DNA of 64,000 nt from Selaginella moellendorffii (Eukaryota > Plantae > Lycopodiophyta). The DNA is taken from positions 364,137 through 428,136 of the forward strand of contig NW_003314381.1 in the NCBI RefSeq assembly GCF_000143415.4, in the 5' to 3' direction. Both the position numbers and the translations under genes were made by a program. Positions 60,614 through 64,000 of the stretch are shown here, piece by piece (positions within the stretch are counted from its first letter, which is position 1; each line of letters opens with the position of its first letter). The notes beneath the pieces were generated by a model, which saw only the letters and a program-made list of their open reading frames with translations, did no database searches and had not been told where the DNA came from.

Positions 60614-62856
60614 TCACGGCCTCAGCATTAACTTGCCAGTAGCATCGTGCTGGAGTTCCTCTTTCGGCCTCACCACCGGTATAATCACTGGCGATCCCGT
60701 CAAGAACTCTTGCCGCTCAGGCTTCACACCCTCGAGAGTTCTTCCAAACGAATCCCCCTCCGCCGCGGCAGTAACCTCCGGGGACGTGACCGCCGACGTC
60801 GCTGGAAGGCTGAGAGCCGAGTCGGATCCACCACTCTGGCTTGGAACCGAGCTCCCTGGCGGAGCTCCAAGCATGGGAACCATCTCCATTCCGCCAGCAC
60901 CAGCACCAGCACCACCACCGCCGCCGCCGCCGCTGCCACCGCCGCCATTCCTATCATGAGCATTGCTGTTCCTCGCGGCAGGAACATCGTGATTGTGCTT
61001 GCCTTCGTACGTAGTTATCACTGCTCTGGGATCATCACAGGCCCTCTCGACGTGCTTTCGCACCGGACATCCGAGATTGGTACACTTGTAGTAGCTCCTG
61101 GAGGAGAACCATAAATGCACGCATTAAGACACACGAAAACTACAAGAACACTGTTCTTACCGGGGGTGTGGATTGCCTTTGACGACCTTTTGTCCATACT
61201 TGCGCCAGCGATAACCGTCGTCCAGAATATCAACTTCGCTGGTCGTCTGCACGACCACTCGAGGCTCGCGGACATTCTTCGGAATGGGAGGACTCTCCCT
61301 GGACAGCTTTTCTTTTTTCCTGGGGATAAGAAACAAAAGAGAAAAAGGAGTTACTTGCGTACACGGCATTGAGAACTTGAGCTGCGTCTTACCTGCGTTT
61401 TCCATCGGGCTCATCCTCGTCATCACTCCCAGACGATGATGAGTGCTCGCTGGCTCCACCATTCGACTGATTGCGGCCTACTTCGGTCTTGTCCGTGCTC
61501 CCGTTTCTTACGCTCAAAGACTTGGACATGAGGTTTGCCGCACTCATCGCCATTCTGCGAGTTGGCTGCGGCTTGGGATGGTTGTGTTCGCCTTCGTAGA
61601 CTATCTCGGTAACTTGCCCGTCGGGAGAGCGCTCGACTTTCTTCTTCATCGGGCAATTCACGTACGTGCACTTGTAGTAGCTCCGAGGATTCTCACTGCC
61701 TTTCACCAGCTTCTGCCCGTATTTACGCCAATTGTATCCGTCGTCCGAGGATCTTTCCGCAGGAGGAGGAGGGGGCGAAGCTGAAGTCGTCCGGTTTTGG
61801 TCCGGTTGTGTGGGAGATTGTTTTTGCGGCTCCTGCTGCTTCTCTGCTTGGATATTTGCCGACAGTTGCAAGGATGTAGGTGGCAAAGGATCCGACTGTA
61901 CAGGCGCGTGTCCTTGCGGTTTCTGCTGTAGCTGCGATTGTGTCTCGGCAAAACTCTGTTGTGAAAAGCTAAATGGAGCCTGAGCACGACATAACCAACG
62001 TTAGCGAAGAGAAGTACCAAGTACCAGTGAATAAAAATGAACACGTACCGCATTTCCAAAATTTCCCAGAGGCGACAACGAGTTGCGAGTTCCTGTCTTT
62101 GGGAAAGGCTTAAAGACAAAGCCCGAGCCGCCCCCATCCTGTTCTTTCACCTTGGAGTTTTCGCCGGGCTTGATTCCGTTCCCACTAAGCAAAGGAGGCA
62201 ACGGGAAAGTACCTGTAGTTGGCGATGGTTCCGGCTGCTGCAATCACGAAAAAACCAGCCATGAATACAACTTTCCAACCAAGAGCGAGCAAAAAACGAG
62301 TGAGCGAGAAAGAGCGAGCGAGAAAACTCACATGAGATGTTGAAAGAAGAACTGGCGAATCCAGTAAGGTGGTTGGGCTGAGCCCCGGAGGAATTGTCAC
62401 GCAAGGAGCTCTTGGAATCGGTAGGCGCGATGGAGGCATCGACTTGAAGCGTGCAGTAGACGGCCTGATTGGTCCTGACGCTGGCAAGCCACCGCTCTTG
62501 CAACTTTCCGCCGTAGTAGTCGCAGTTGTCGTCGAAGTTCTAGCCGCTAGCCTCTCGGCAAAGCTACCAGCCGTGGAAGAAGCCAGCAGCCTCGAAGAGA
62601 TCCCATTCAAACCATCTGTTTGCTTCTCGTCCGCCGTCATAGCTCCCGCTAGCAAGCTCGAGTAAGAAGCCGAGTTGTCGGCGTCGTGGTCGGCTAGAAA
62701 GTTTGCCATCAAGCTCATGGGACTTGGGCTGGAATCGCTGCTCTTTCCAAACGAATCAAGCGAGAGCCGACCCCGAGAAGGCGTTGGCTTGCGCAGCATA
62801 ACGCCTCCACCCCCATCCGCTGGACCAGCTCCACTCTCCTCCCCATCTAGCTTCAT
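60614..62856 (-). CDS. Group I WRKY transcription factor (two WRKY domains), multi-exon
   Basis: [14 protein letters not shown]4-C..HNH and [21 protein letters not shown]|SYYKC..HNH; N-terminal [17 protein letters not shown] and PSPTTGTF. Confidence 0.96.
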
Positions 62857-63683
62857 CTCCCGACCTATAATCTCACCCAGCGAGCGCAGCAGCCGCGATC
62901 TCGAGCACCATTTGCCAGAAATTTCTTCCCTGCGCTGACACGCGCCTTGAATTTCTTATCCCTGCTGTGCCAGTGGAGCTGCCAGCGGCCGAAATGCCGT
63001 GTTCCTGAGGGGACCGCCCTGTTCACACTGCCCGCGCGAAACCCTGATTTCCCAGCGATCAGAGATCGATGCCGCCACAACCAGCGCTGACTCCGCGAGA
63101 GATCCGGCGGCGGCCAAATTCTTGGGGGATAACCTAGAAGAGATGGAATCGCGAGGCCATGGAGCTCATACCGGCGGCGAAGAACAAGGCGCTAGCTTGG
63201 ATGCAAATTCCTCGCGCCGCCGCAGCGCAGCTTAGCTCGCGCCCCCTCCTCCAAAATGCGAGCGGTGAAAATTTCTCTCTCACGCTTCACAAAAACAAGG
63301 GGGATTCACGCAGAGCATTGTAAAAAATGAGTTGTCCTCGTACGTAAACATACTTCTTTGACCAAGGGGGCAATTTTTTAATGGCGGGGTTAAAAACAAT
63401 GGGCCTGGGATGCCGCCACGTGGCACAACGCAAATCGCACGGTCGAGAATTCGTCCACTTTTAACTCATCGAAATAGAAGGTAACGGAAATGCAAGATCT
63501 TTGTAAAAAGAAAGAGGAAAAAAATCGCCAAAACTTCGGTCCATTGTTTTATGCTGAGCACGAGACGACGACGAAGAGTGATCTTAATCTCCAAAAACTT
63601 CCCTGAAAGTTTTGGAGAGAAAGGAGAAGGAAGTTTAGCCAAGAGCGATGGAGAAAACGAAAGAAAAGCTATAAGTTACCGCA

Positions 63684-63896
63684 TTACTTCTTTCCTTTGC
63701 GCGTTGCCATGGCGTCGGCTTCGACGTCTACGCTGTGGAGATTGAGCAGCAGCGAGTCCGAGTCGAGGAAGAGCTTGTTTGCCGAGTTTGCGACGGTGTG
63801 AGCAATCTCCCGGCTGGCTTCGATGCGTCGCAGTGTCACAAACGCGGGATTGTTGGAGATGGCTTCTCCAATCAGCTGCGCGCTCTTTGCTTCTCC
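63684..63896 (-). CDS. Prohibitin (PHB2-type), last exon; gene continues beyond window
   Basis: Absent from the ORF track. After acceptor TTGACAG it reads GEAKSAQLIGEAISNNPAFVTLRRIEASREIAHTVANSANKLFLDSDSLLLNL...RKGKK-TAA (71 codons). Confidence 0.9.
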   Translation of the reverse strand, partial: GEAKSAQLIGEAISNNPAFVTLRRIEASREIAHTVANSANKLFLDSDSLLLNLHSVDVEADAMATRKGKK

Positions 63897-64000
63897 CTGT
63901 CAAGTTTGCAACAACAAAGCCATGAAAAGAAGTAGAACATGGAAAAGGCAAATCTTTACGAAAGACTCACGGAGAAAAGGGAGTAAACAAGCTCATTGTT

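Overview
Gene-dense land-plant nuclear DNA with very short GT-AG introns (about 50-150 nt), telo-box promoters and two N gaps. The style suggests a lycophyte such as Selaginella moellendorffii; this is an inference, not verified. About 15 host genes are readable: an ACR ACT-domain 3' exon, CarA, a BZR/BES1-type TF, HCT, HUA2-like, TMEM33-like, a BSD protein, a VQ protein, an ArfGAP, a C-terminal-type RPL2, a Cys-rich uncharacterised protein, Fes1/HspBP1, RAV, an RbgA/Mtg1 GTPase, a group I WRKY, and a prohibitin last exon. There are also two tRNA genes, Leu-CAG and Ala-AGC. The most notable structure is in the mobile DNA. (1) A compact 5.0-kb Ty3/Gypsy element with 174-bp LTRs, a 4-bp TSD, a tRNA-Ala PBS, and a -1 frameshift slippery site plus pseudoknot that now runs into a stop, next to a TAATG gag/pol overlap. 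(2) A decayed Ty1/Copia element hosting two nested insertions, one of which is a complete Cassandra-type TRIM whose LTRs carry the 5S rRNA internal promoter. (3) Decayed Crinkler(CRN)-like P-loop NTPase sequences flanking that nest. (4) An LHCB gene fragment inside an AT-rich island.
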